DNA of 64,000 nucleotides, from contig QPMI01000656.1 of the NCBI GenBank assembly GCA_004431415.1, positions 1 through 64,000 of the forward strand, given 5' to 3'. Below are positions 24,649-35,017 of this stretch, one piece after another. The stretch is from Cyanophora paradoxa CCMP329. Its lineage: Eukaryota > Plantae > Glaucophyta. Numbering within the stretch: the stretch's first letter is position 1; every line of letters starts with the position of its first letter. The position numbers and the translations under genes were made by a program. The notes below the pieces were generated by a model. That model saw nothing but the letters and a program-made list of their open reading frames with translations, searched no databases and was not told where the DNA came from.

Positions 24649-25730
24649 CGGGGCGCACCAAGGGGGGCCGCCCCGGGCCGCTCCGCAGTCTGAAACTGCG
24701 GAGGCTGCGTCAGGCGCGGCTGCGCCTGCGTCGGAAGAGGAGAGGGGTGGCGCACCAAGAAGGTTCGCCCCAGGCCGCTCCGCAGTCTCAAACTGCGGGG
24801 GCCACCTCAGAGAGAGAGCGGGGCGCACCAAGAGGGGCCGCCCTAGGCCACTCCGCAGGCTGAACTGCGGGGGCCGCGTCAGGCGTGGCTGCGCCTGCGC
24901 CGAGAGAGGAGCGGGGGGGCGCACCAAGAAGGTTCGCCCCGGGCCCTCCGCAGTCTGAAACTGCGGGGGCTGCGTCCGGCGCGGCTGCGCCTGCGCTGAG
25001 AGAGGAGAGGGGGGCGCACCAAGAAGGTTCGCCCCGGGCCCTCCGCAGTCTGAAACTGCGGGGGCTGCGTCGGCGAGGCTGCGCCTGCGCCGAAGCGAGA
25101 GGGGGGGCGCACGCGAGAAGGGACGCCCCAGGCCGCTCCGCAGTTTGAAACTGCGGGGGCCACCTCACAGAGAGAGCGGGGCGCACCGAGAGGGGCTGCC
25201 CCAGGCCGCTCCGCAGTCTGAAACTGCGGGGGCCACCTCAGAGAGAGAGAGCGGGGCGCACCGAGAGGGGCCGCCCCGGGCCGCTCCGCAGTCTGAAACT
25301 GCGGGGGTCACCTCAGAGAGAGAGCGGGGCGCACCGAGAGGGGCTGCCCCAGGCCGCTCCGCAGTCTGAAACTGCGGGGGCCACCTCAGAGAGAGAGCGG
25401 GGCGCACCGAGAGGGGCCGCCCCGGGCCGCTCCGCAGTCTGAAACTGCGGGGGCCACCTCAGAGAGGGAGCGGGGCGCACCGAGAGGGGCCGCCCCGGGC
25501 CGCTCCGCAGTCTGAAACTGCGGGGGCTGCGTCAGGCGCGGCTGCGCCTGCGCCGAGAGAGGAGAGGGGTGGCGCACCAAGAAGGTTCGCCCCGAGCCCT
25601 CCGCAGTCTGAAACTGCGGGGGCCACCTCAGAGAGGGAGCGGGGCGCACCAAGAGGGGCCGCCCCAGGCCACTCCGCAGTCTGAAACTGCGGGAGCCGCG
25701 TCAGGCGAGACTGCGCCTGCGCCGAAGCGA
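23822..25730. repeat. Tandem array of 23 hairpin-containing units (short 73-75 bp, long 95-101 bp) inside the LTR element
   Basis: Core CCGCAGT-CTGAA-ACTGCGG (or loop variants) at 23822, 23911, 24012, 24107, 24204, 24299, 24372, 24447, 24521, 24594, 24683, 24780, 24853, 24948, 25043, 25138, 25211, 25286, 25359, 25432, 25505, 25601, 25674. Confidence 0.95.
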
Positions 25731-27123
25731 TAGGGAGGCGCGTACCCGAGGGCTCGCTGAAGGCCGTCCGGCCGCCAGGATTCGGGCTGAGCCCGCTGCG
25801 CACAGGTGAGCGCACCCTCAAGCCTGGCTTTCTAGACAGCTGATCGCCCGAACGCGCCCAGTTTGCTGCGTTCAGCATGTGAGCTAAGCTCAGTGAAGGC
25901 AGGGGCGTCGCGGGCGCACCGTGGGCAGGCCAGACTGGCTCGACGGCTGCCGCCGGAGCGGGCTCGACGGCTGGCGCCGGAGCAGGCTCAACGGCTAGCG
26001 CCGGAGCATGGGAGAACTGCGGGATGCAGCCATCAATCGGCGCCCCAGAAATGGAGGGAAGGCGTCCGCAGCCGTATAGGCGCGCGCGTGCCGGCAGGGA
26101 GGCCAGGCAAAACGGGAGGGGCTCTGGGCTGCAGCCGCTATTCGGCGCCCCGGGCCGCTACTCGGCGCCCAACTCCGCGGGGAGGGGAGGTCGCAGCCGC
26201 GAGGGCGCGCTTGCGGAGGCAATCGGGCGAGCCGGGTGGGCGCCCGCGCCATATGCATGGCCTGCGGATCGAATTCCGTGAATCGAACGATCCAAAAGCA
26301 GGCGGACTGCCTCACGAGGGCGCGCGCGTAGGGGAGGGAGATCGCGCCCTGTCACGAACGTCGGAGCCAGCGGCGGGTCCGTGACGCCGTGGTGAGTCGG
26401 CGCGATCTCTGCGCGATCGGCTAATCGTTAGAATCTCATCATGACTGGAAGCCGCTGGGCCGACGATGGCGGCCGTCCGCGGCTCTCAAGCATCGCACGA
26501 GCGGGTCGAACGCCGAATTTGGCGCTGGTACGAACGCCGAATTTGGCGCTGGTACGATCGTCCGATCGTCCCACGCCGCGTCCGCTCTGTGCTGCTGCTG
26601 CTGCGCGAGGCGATTCCTCGCACAGATCGTAGTAAAAGATTGAAGAACAAGGCGCGCCGCCCGCGAGCGGGGCGGGCGGCGCGCCTCAGACGGACTGGCG
26701 CTCTCAGGGGCGCCTTGCGTCAGTGATGCAATCAATAGCAGGCGGTACCCGTGGCGGCTCGGACGGGTACGTCTCGCATTCATAATTAATATTTTGTTTT
26801 CTCGTGCGCGATCACGATCGCAGCCGAGCGCCGGCCGCGGCCGCGGTTACGATTTCCGGGCGCGCGCCGGTAGCTGAGCTTGTCGGCTGTTTTGCACTGA
26901 CGGCTTGCACAAATCTTCGTCTACGCTTACGCGCATACGACGTGGCTCGGGCCCGGGCTCCGGGGCGCCGTCGACGTCGATCATCGCGCGCCGCGGCGCG
27001 CGGGCGAGGAATCGGAAGCGCTAGAGCTAGCGCTAGATCTAGAACTAGTCGGATCGCCGGGGGCGGACCTGCTCGGCGGTTCGCTGCGGAATTCTGCTGC
27101 GGCGGACGTGTTTTGAGTTCGGA

Positions 27124-28320
27124 ATGGCTCCGAATACGCGAAGCGGCGGATCCGGAGGCGCGGGCGCTAGTGGCGGATCCGGGGGCGGCAGCCAGGGCAG
27201 TGGCGGGCCCGGGGCGGCGGCTGCAGCTGCGCATGCAGCAGCCGTGCCCGCGGCCGCGGCGGCGGCCGCTCCGGCGGCAAACGCGATGCCAGCGCTAGCT
27301 CCGGGGCCAGCGCCGGTCGCGCCAGTGGCGCCGGTCGCACCAGCGGCGGCTGGGGCGCCAGTAGCGATCGGGGGCCAGCAACCAGCTGCGGCGGCAGCTG
27401 ACGCTGCGTTGGAGGCGCTGAAGAGCAACCTGGACATGCATACACGGCACCGCGAGCTGAAAGAATTTAAGGAGCGAATTCCGGCTTTAACAAATACTGG
27501 CGTTCTATCGTGGATCGTATCGCTGGAGCGCCTGGCAACTTTTATTCAGCCGCCGAAATTTCTGGAGCCGGACAAGATAGTAGCGGAGCTCGCAATGTCT
27601 TCGCTGCAGCGCTCAGCAAGTGATGATTTGACTGGAGCATTCTCAGCGACGGTGCTGGGTGCTATGGCGTCGAAGGCGGCGGGCGGTGAATTTGAGATGA
27701 CGTCGTGGGCAAAAATTCGTGAGCATCTGATCAGCTTGGTGCCTGGCAATAAATTCGAGCTGCTGAAGAATACGATCAAGACGGCGAGCCAGCATTTCTC
27801 AGCTCTAAACAACCCCACGGAGCTGGATGCTCAGGCTCTTATCAATAACGTTGTTTTATTTCGGCACCTGCTTCAGCTGCAAGACTCGTGTCCGGACGAG
27901 ATGTTGATCGCGGAATTAATGTCCCCGGACGCGATCACTTCGCCGGCAATGGTCAAGCTCACAAGCAGAATCACGGAGGGCGCGCGTACAAATCTGGCCG
28001 AGTGGGGTCGCGAATTCTTCAGTCGAGTTCGGTCCCATAACGAGCTGGAAATGAGGCTCCAGCGGGTGAGGGCCAGCGGTGGATTTTCGGACGCGTCAGT
28101 CTCTCGCGTTGCGGGGGGTGAGCTTGGCAGCAGCAGCAAGAAGCAGAAGACGGGCGGACAGCCTCGTTGGTGTGATGAATGCGAGAGCGGCTCGCACAAC
28201 ACTGTCGTCTGCATCAAGCGACTTCAGCGGGAGCTGGAGGAGATGCGGGCGCAGTATTCGACCTGTCAGCAGGAGCTCGAGAAATATCGGAGCTCCAGCA
28301 GCCTGGCGGGCGCGACGTAA
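27124..28320 (+). CDS. gag: Retrotransposon Gag-like protein (398 aa), intronless, CCHC zinc knuckle followed by a coiled coil
   Basis: MAPNTRS start, Gly/Ala linker, helical capsid-like core, CDECESGSHNTVVC = C-X2-C-X4-H-X4-C; intronless with less biased codon usage than host genes; lies between LTRs. Confidence 0.85.
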   Translation: MAPNTRSGGSGGAGASGGSGGGSQGSGGPGAAAAAAHAAAVPAAAAAAAPAANAMPALAPGPAPVAPVAPVAPAAAGAPVAIGGQQPAAAAADAALEALKSNLDMHTRHRELKEFKERIPALTNTGVLSWIVSLERLATFIQPPKFLEPDKIVAELAMSSLQRSASDDLTGAFSATVLGAMASKAAGGEFEMTSWAKIREHLISLVPGNKFELLKNTIKTASQHFSALNNPTELDAQALINNVVLFRHLLQLQDSCPDEMLIAELMSPDAITSPAMVKLTSRITEGARTNLAEWGREFFSRVRSHNELEMRLQRVRASGGFSDASVSRVAGGELGSSSKKQKTGGQPRWCDECESGSHNTVVCIKRLQRELEEMRAQYSTCQQELEKYRSSSSLAGAT

Positions 28321-30110
28321 AGTACACGCCACGGCGGTTCGGTCTCCGCCTGAGCAGAAATTAAAAGACCAGCGGTGGAGGAGTTTGGATTTAATTCGTC
28401 GCGAAGAGGGGTGGGCCCTGCGACGTGGCGGCGTGTACTTGTAATTTTTCAGCTGCAGCCGGAGTTCAAATTGTGAGCGGAACAGCTGCAGCTTCAATTT
28501 GCGGGGCTGGATGTTGCACCTGCGAAGGCGGCGGCCTTTCTTCACAGTCGATCGCGAGGCTGGTGGCGAATCCGAAGAAGGCGTCGCTCCGTTCCGGTGA
28601 ACCGGCGTCCAGGCTGGAGATGCGGACCTGCCCGAGGCCAGGGCAATACAGGAGGGCATCGGATTCAGCTGTGGGCGGGTGGTGTCAGCCGTCGAGGGCG
28701 GGAGGCCCGAGTCCAAGCTAGAGGCACGGAGCTGCTCGTGCCAGGATGGTGCTCAGGACAGCAAACGGCCGGTCGGCACCCAACCGAATAGAGACCGGAA
28801 TCGGCCCTGCATCAGACGGACGCGAGCTCAGCGTTATCGTCGCCGCGGGGTTACTAAACTCAAATACTAGAACTCGAGGACGGGCCGACGGAGTCTGGCA
28901 ACCGCGTGGCCGGCGGGAGGGGCAGCTGGAAATCCGCGCCCCAAGAACCCCTGCTGACTACAGCTGGCAACGGCTCTGGTCGTGCTCACGTGCTCGGAAT
29001 AAAGGAGGGGACGACAAAGGAACGTGGGAACCTCTCGGCTTTCGGGCGGCGCGTAGGGCCCTACGAGCCCCCGTTAGCTGTGGATGGAGCCGGTTCAAGT
29101 CGTGCTCCTGACCCGGCGGGGGATAGAGCATCTCCGGCGGACATTCTGGGTCTTCGGACTCGATGTGCAAGTGCACCTACCGCCGGCGGGCACACAGCAA
29201 CCGTCAACTTAGCTGTGCGTCCGACCGCAATTTAATTCTCGGGTCGAAATCGGCGGAGGATCTCGTCAGGCGGACTGAGAACAAGAGCGGAAATTTTGGA
29301 AGTGCTCGACGCGGCGGCGTTCGCGCTCTGATGCACAGGATTCCCTCTCTTCTCGCCGCCTACAGATTCAGACGCAGGCCGGAGGGGCCAGACTTCGCGC
29401 GATGTCGAGGGCGCAGTTTCGTCTGCAAGGCCGACATCAATCGCGAGTCCACGGGGGCGCAGCCTAGTCAATGGGGCTGACCCTCAAGTCTCGGTTGGGG
29501 CTTCGGGCCGTGGATCAAGGGCAGTGCCTGCGGTCCCGGACGCTTCAGCTCGAGAGAGGGCGGGTGGGGTCGACGTCCCAGCGGATGGCCCACCGTCCGA
29601 GGGGAGAGCTGTGCAGCCTGGCAGCTGCAGCTTCGCAGTTGTACATATCGTGTACATATCAGCCGCAGCGCGCGGCGAGCTCGAGTAGCTACGGATAGAG
29701 TAGCGAGCTCGAGAAGCATTCGGATTTCACAGCTGCAGACAGGACCAGCTGTGCGACGTCTGGATCATTTCTAGGTCCAACGGAAGCTTAGGGCAAGCCT
29801 TGGAAATATTTCTTTGCCAAAAGTTGGCTCGGAAACGATTCGAAATATTTTTTTCGCAACGATGGACATATATTTCTGATAGCATTAGACGTCTACATAT
29901 TTATTTTATTGTAGATAGCGCAGCCTTCGTGCTGCTAGGGCTATAGTGCAGCCTTCGTGCTGCTAGGGCCGTCAGGGCGTTAGAACGCCTCGGCCACCTT
30001 TTCTTGTACATAGTCGGGATCGTTTTCGATATCGGACTCAACGTTTTGCTGCGACGAACGTCGCGGGAGGGATGGAGGCGCCGAGGACGGCTTTTCTCTG
30101 CTGCGACGAA

Positions 30111-30603
30111 TGTCGCGGGCGATGGCAAGTCCGGCTAGAGCTTAGCCGGCTGGACCGGGTGCGGCCGCAGGCCGCGGGCCGGAAGCCGGCTAGGCGGGGC
30201 CGGTCGCGACTTGGCTTGGTGACTTTCGGGCGCAGCCGAATGATTTTCGGTGCAGCGGTTGTTGGGGTTCAGAACCCAAGTCGGAACCCAATTCGGAATC
30301 CTAGAACCGTGAAAGTCCTAGAAAATACTTGCTAGTTTGCAACGCGGGCTAGTATAAGTAGCCGCTGCCCTGCCAAAGTTGTTATTCTTTGTGAGGCGCA
30401 CAGCCTCGAAATACTAGCAGCGAAACTCTGCCTCTCTGCGGCTGCACCTTGCCTTAGCAATTAATATTTGGGAGGGCCTTGCATTGAATTGCACTACTAG
30501 CTGGGATCGCATCTCAGGTCTGTTATTAATCTGTTATTAGGCCTCTGGTTAAAACCCCTAGACTATATCTGGGCCTTGCCCGGATTTAACCAGACGCTTA
30601 ATA
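30111..30603 (+). repeat. 3' LTR (493 bp)
   Basis: Matches 18903-19395; followed by CGCT (TSD). Confidence 0.9.
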
Positions 30604-31769
30604 CGCTAGGTGACGGACCGTCGGACCCCCCCCCCCCCACCCCCCCTCTCCCCCCCTCTCCCCTCCCTCCCCCCCCGCCTCCGCCCCCCCCCCGCCCCCC
30701 CCGCCTCCGCCCCCTCTAGATCTCCCCCCACCCCACCGGTACCCGCCCGCCCCCCCCCCCCCACCCCGGCCCCCCCGGGCCGCGGCCGGGGCCGCCCCCC
30801 GCCCCCTTTTTTTAAATTTCCCCTCCGAGGCTCCACTTCGAGCGGAAGCGATCACCCACGTGCACATCGATCTAGCTAACGCTCACAGACTCTATATATA
30901 GACCTCACTATTTAAAATTATTGCAAGGGGGGGTACCCCCTAGGCCTCCCTTGCTCCCCTGGTGAGTTGGTGCGGCGTACTTTCTGTGTTAGCAATTTTT
31001 GTAAGATGAGATTCTTTGCATGCGCTCTCGTTTAGGTGTGATCGCATCGTAGCCGCTGCGAGCGGCGGAAAAAAATGCAAGGGCGGGGCTGAGCAAACAT
31101 GTCGAGGTCGCGCCCCACCTGCTATCGCTATATGCGCCAGACCACGTGCTCCTGATTGCTCTCGATGCGCTCTACAACTTTTGCCATACATGCCCGGGCT
31201 CGAAAAGCGGCGCGCGGCACGCTAGGCCGCCTCAAGTACCTGTTGTACCGGGCGCCCAAAAAAACGCTCCTGAGAGTTTGTGGCGATTGCTGGGTACACG
31301 TACCTAGCACCTCCAGCAGCGTAGATCTAGCTATAGATCTAGAGGTGGTCGAGGTCGCGGAGCCACGCTAGAGTGCAGAAAGAAGGCGCCCGCTACGCAG
31401 CGTTCCGGTGAGCACCCGGGCCGCGGCGTTTCGCCCACCCTCTAGCTCTCGGTGTACATGTGACGGACTCCGGTTCAGGCGGACTTCAGCTCGGCGATGT
31501 CAAGCCCTTCAAGCGCAAGTACGGGGCGGATCACCACTCGCACGCCTCGGCCCGCGGCCGGACTGGATGTATATGCGTGGCTGAAGCTTGACCCGCGGCC
31601 GCGGCCGGCACGCCGTACTAGCTGTACTACGTTAGCGGAGGTTGGCGGCGTCGCAGTATTCCCAGCTGCTCCTAGTACGCCGCGCCGGGCTGCTTCCCTG
31701 CCCGCTGCTCCCAGCTGCTCCGCGCGCCCGCTGCTTCAGCAGCTGCTCCCTAGGCCTGCCCGTCGCCCC

Positions 31770-32330
31770 GCCCGCTGCTTCAGCTTCGACGACTCCAGGT
31801 TCGCCCCGCCGGCGCCGCTGCTTCCGCGCGCATCACCCGGCCGACCTCCCTGGGCCCCGCGCCGGCGCCGCCGCTGTCCGGGGCGAGCTGACGCCTCGGC
31901 CCGCGCACACAGGCGACGCGCAGGGCCCGGTGCCACCTGCCGCTCCGCCCGCTTCCTCGCCCGCCGCCCGCCGGCTGCTTCAGCTTCGTCGACTCCAGGT
32001 TCGTCCCGCCGCTGCTGCTTCGCATCTGACCCGGCCGCCCCCGCTGGGCCCCGCCCCCGCACGGCCGCTGTCCGGGGCGAACTGACGCCTCGGTTCTGCG
32101 CATGCGCAGGCTACGTGCAGGGCCCAGCGCCATCTGCCGCTCCGCCCGCTTCCCCGCCCGCCGCCCTGCCGGCTGCCTCAGCTTCGTCGACTCCAGGTTC
32201 GCTCCGCCGCTGCTGCTGCGCACCTGGCCCGGCCGCCCCCGCTGGGCCTCGCCCCCGCACGGCCGCTGTCCGGGGCGAACTGACGCCTCGGTTCTGCGCA
32301 TGCACAGGCTACGTGCAGGGCCTGGTGCCC
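31770..32330. repeat. Roughly three-copy tandem repeat, ~200-bp period
   Basis: CAGCTTCG(A/T)CGACTCCAGGTTCG recurs at ~31781, ~31981 and ~32179, each followed by CCGCTGTCCGGGGCGA(A/G)CTGACGCCTCGG. Confidence 0.85.
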
Positions 32331-33414
32331 CCTTTCTCTCCTCCGGATCCCGCTTTCCCGCCCGCCGCCGCCCTCGCCTGCAGCTGCCCGCCCGCCTGGT
32401 GCCGCCGCCCGCGTCGCCACCCCACCTACCCGCCTCGCCACCCCGCCCGCCTCGCCCGGCCGCCCGCCTTGCCTCTCTAGCTGCCCCCTCCGCCCCCCTC
32501 CCCTGCGCCCCCCGCACCACTCCCCACCAAGTACCCTGCAATGTGTACCAGTACCCCCCCTTGCACCTCCGCGCGCGGCCCGCACTTGCCGCACTTGCAC
32601 AGGGCCGGGCGCGGTCTGCTAGTATTATCAATACCATATTGCAATATTAATTGTCTACATCTTGCAATTGCGAGCACGTGCCGCGCTAGTGGCACAGCCT
32701 ATATATAGCTAGTGCTAAGCTTAATGTTCTTTGCATGCACGCAACCGTACCCGACTCGGCGACAGAACCAAATTGCACATTGCATTGGAAATTAAACCGC
32801 AAAGCTGAATTTGATTGGGTCACAGAGTCAAGTCGCAGAGCTTGTACTTCACATATGTACGCGATATACGGATACTGTTATGGGATAGATAGAACTCAGG
32901 AATTCGAAGGAGATTATGAAGGTTCTGTACTGCATGAAATCGCAAGGCTAGGTAGATTACAAATACCAGCGCTAGCAATTGCAAGGGGGCAAATGAAACA
33001 GATTCGAATTGAGAATCGAAAAAGCGTGTGAGCATCAGCTTGGCAAGCTGCGATCGAAAAAACTGCACTGCAGGTAAAACGAGGCTCTCAGGCTCTCAGG
33101 CCTCGAGGCCTCGAGCTCCGCCCAACGCCGACGCCGGCGCCGGCGCGGGGCAGGCAAAGGTAACTAAAGACAGTAAACGGCAGGCCTACACCGCGGGCCG
33201 GGGTTGATTCGGAGGTCGCGTCATCGATGGCGTGACGTGGTACAGCGGGCCGGGGTGCGGGCCCCGGAAGGATGGACTCCGGGAGATCGAGATGGGCCGG
33301 GAAAGAGAAATTGAAGACGGGCTCTGGGTGGGGATGCAATTGAATCGGGAGCTCGAGGGTGGGAGGGGTCCGGAATGCATATGGGGGGAAGGCAGAGGCG
33401 CCGGCCTAGGGCGC

Positions 33415-33864
33415 TCAGGCCCGAGCGATGGCGTCGGCACCGGCGGAGAAGGCGAGCACGGCCGCGGCCCGTGCGGCGCGGCTCTCCGTCAGGTCAACGA
33501 CGGTCGCCGCCGCGAGGCCGGCCGCCGCGATCGCGGCACCCTTGCGCAGCTGCGGCGGGACGCCGGCCGCCAGGCCGCTCGCCACCGTCGCGAGGTGGAT
33601 GCGCGCCGCGGCGTTGGCTGCGGCCGCGCGGGCCGCCGGGGACGGGCCGTGCGCGTGGTGGGCGCTGTGGGTCTTGTGCCCGTGCGCGTCAAGAGACGAG
33701 CGGGCCCGGCCGCCGCTGCCGGAGATGGTGAAGGCCGTGGCAAGAAGAGCTCGATTCCCTGCCATTTCTGCGCTTGCGGACGCGGCTCGGGGAGCAGCAC
33801 GATCTGACGCCATCGATGCGTCAGCGCCGATCGGCCCGACGCTCGCGGGGCGCGGCGTAGACAT
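33415..33864 (-). CDS. Hypothetical small Ala-rich protein (149 aa)
   Basis: ATG-initiated ORF with host-like GC3, a His-rich patch and a hydrophobic C-terminal half; no recognisable motif. Confidence 0.3.
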   Translation of the reverse strand: MSTPRPASVGPIGADASMASDRAAPRAASASAEMAGNRALLATAFTISGSGGRARSSLDAHGHKTHSAHHAHGPSPAARAAAANAAARIHLATVASGLAAGVPPQLRKGAAIAAAGLAAATVVDLTESRAARAAAVLAFSAGADAIARA

Positions 33865-35017
33865 CGCACCTCGTTTGATTTAGACGGTGGATAGGCTTAA
33901 AGCTTCGCGAAGCGGGCGAAGCTGGAGGACGCTGGATCGGAGCTGTATCACCGGACCGGCGAACGAGCACGTTTGATTTGATCAATTGCAAGCTGACTAC
34001 GGGATGATGGCCGCGTCGGTGCTAGCCGTGCGAACTAGCTGCGCTGAGAGCTCGAAGCAGTTTGCGGCTAGGCGAACGGGGGCGGCGGCAGAGGCGGCGA
34101 GCTCGAGCTTCGGCGGCCGGCGGCGAACGAGAATGTGCTGACCGCGGCCGATGGCGGAGCCAGGGCGCGGAAAGCACGCGAGTTTCGGCCGCAGCGGTCG
34201 GTCAGTTACGCCACCGCGTCGCGTCACGGTTTCACGAACCGTCGCGAGCTCGTACCCGCTTTTAAATCTGCCCCCCATTCAGTATGCTCACCGCCGAGTC
34301 ACCGGGCGCCGGCCGCGGCGCCGCGGGCGGGGCCGCCGGGGCGCCGCGGCGCCGCCGCGCCGCTGGCGCTAGCGCTGCTCACGATCAGCAGGGCGCCGCT
34401 ATGTATACAGAGCTATATATAGCTATAGCTAGCGCTGCTCAGGCTCTCATCATGATCAGCCGGGCGCCGCTAGCTGATCAGCCTCGGAGCCCGGCGACCT
34501 TGAGTTAACGTTGCCGCATGCGCGCAGTGCGAATTGCTGCGCAATTGCAATACGCATGCGCGGCGCTGGCGCACGTTTTCGCGCGAGCTCGAGTCCTAGG
34601 GCGCCGCGGCCGGCAGAGGTGCAGGTACATGCGCAGCTGCAGGCGCGTTCGCTGCCAGCTGCGCATGCATGCGAAGACATCGATCCACGCCCGTCGCCAC
34701 TCCTCGATGCCGCGCCAGGCTGCTTTGTGCAATGGTAGGATTGTGTCCGTCGGAGACAGGAACACGCGAAAATCGAAGCGGCCTAGGCTGAGAATAAGGT
34801 GGCGGGGCCAGGGGCCGAACAAAACACGTCGGAACGCGAAAGTGAGAGGAAAACTGTATGTGTGGTCATATGGACTATTTAAAATCTGCTGCAGAATGTA
34901 CGTAGAAACAGAGTAGCTATGAAAATAGAATATACGCTTGGAGGCGCGGGCGGCGCGGCTAGGCCGCGTGGGTGGCCGGACAGGTGGGCGAGTCGCGCTG
35001 TTGCCTGTGGGCGGGGG

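Larger units (their letters stand above)
18903..30603 (+). mobile_element. 11.7-kb non-autonomous gag-only LTR retroelement (TR-GAG/LARD-like), recently inserted
   Basis: Two 493-bp direct repeats (18903-19395 and 30111-30603), identical by eye; CGCT on both flanks (18899-18902, 30604-30607); PBS-like TGGGGGCT at 19398; internal Gag ORF with CCHC knuckle; no RT/RNase H/integrase ORF. Confidence 0.9.

Noticed and set aside
23822-25730. CRISPR array (palindromic repeats at regular spacing)
   Set aside because: The spacers are not unique (two recurring types), no cas-like ORFs are present, and the context is a eukaryotic retroelement.
23708-25878. Repeat-protein ORFs (PQSETAGA / PQFQTAE)
   Set aside because: Unit lengths of 73 and 95 bp and the variable (AG)n tracts shift frame constantly; these are translations of a non-coding array.
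26507-26555. 24-bp tandem duplication containing TGGCGC as a second PBS or nested element boundary
   Set aside because: No associated LTR pair or TSD is visible; treated as a local duplication.
28321-30110. pol (protease/RT/RNase H/integrase) downstream of gag
   Set aside because: Only short ORFs; no D(S/T)G, YxDD, HHCC or DDE motifs are recognisable by eye. Highly decayed remnants cannot be excluded without tBLASTn.
18903-30603. DIRS/Ngaro tyrosine-recombinase element or simple segmental duplication
   Set aside because: The repeats are simple direct LTRs with a TG start, TSD and PBS; there are no inverted or split repeats and no recombinase ORF.
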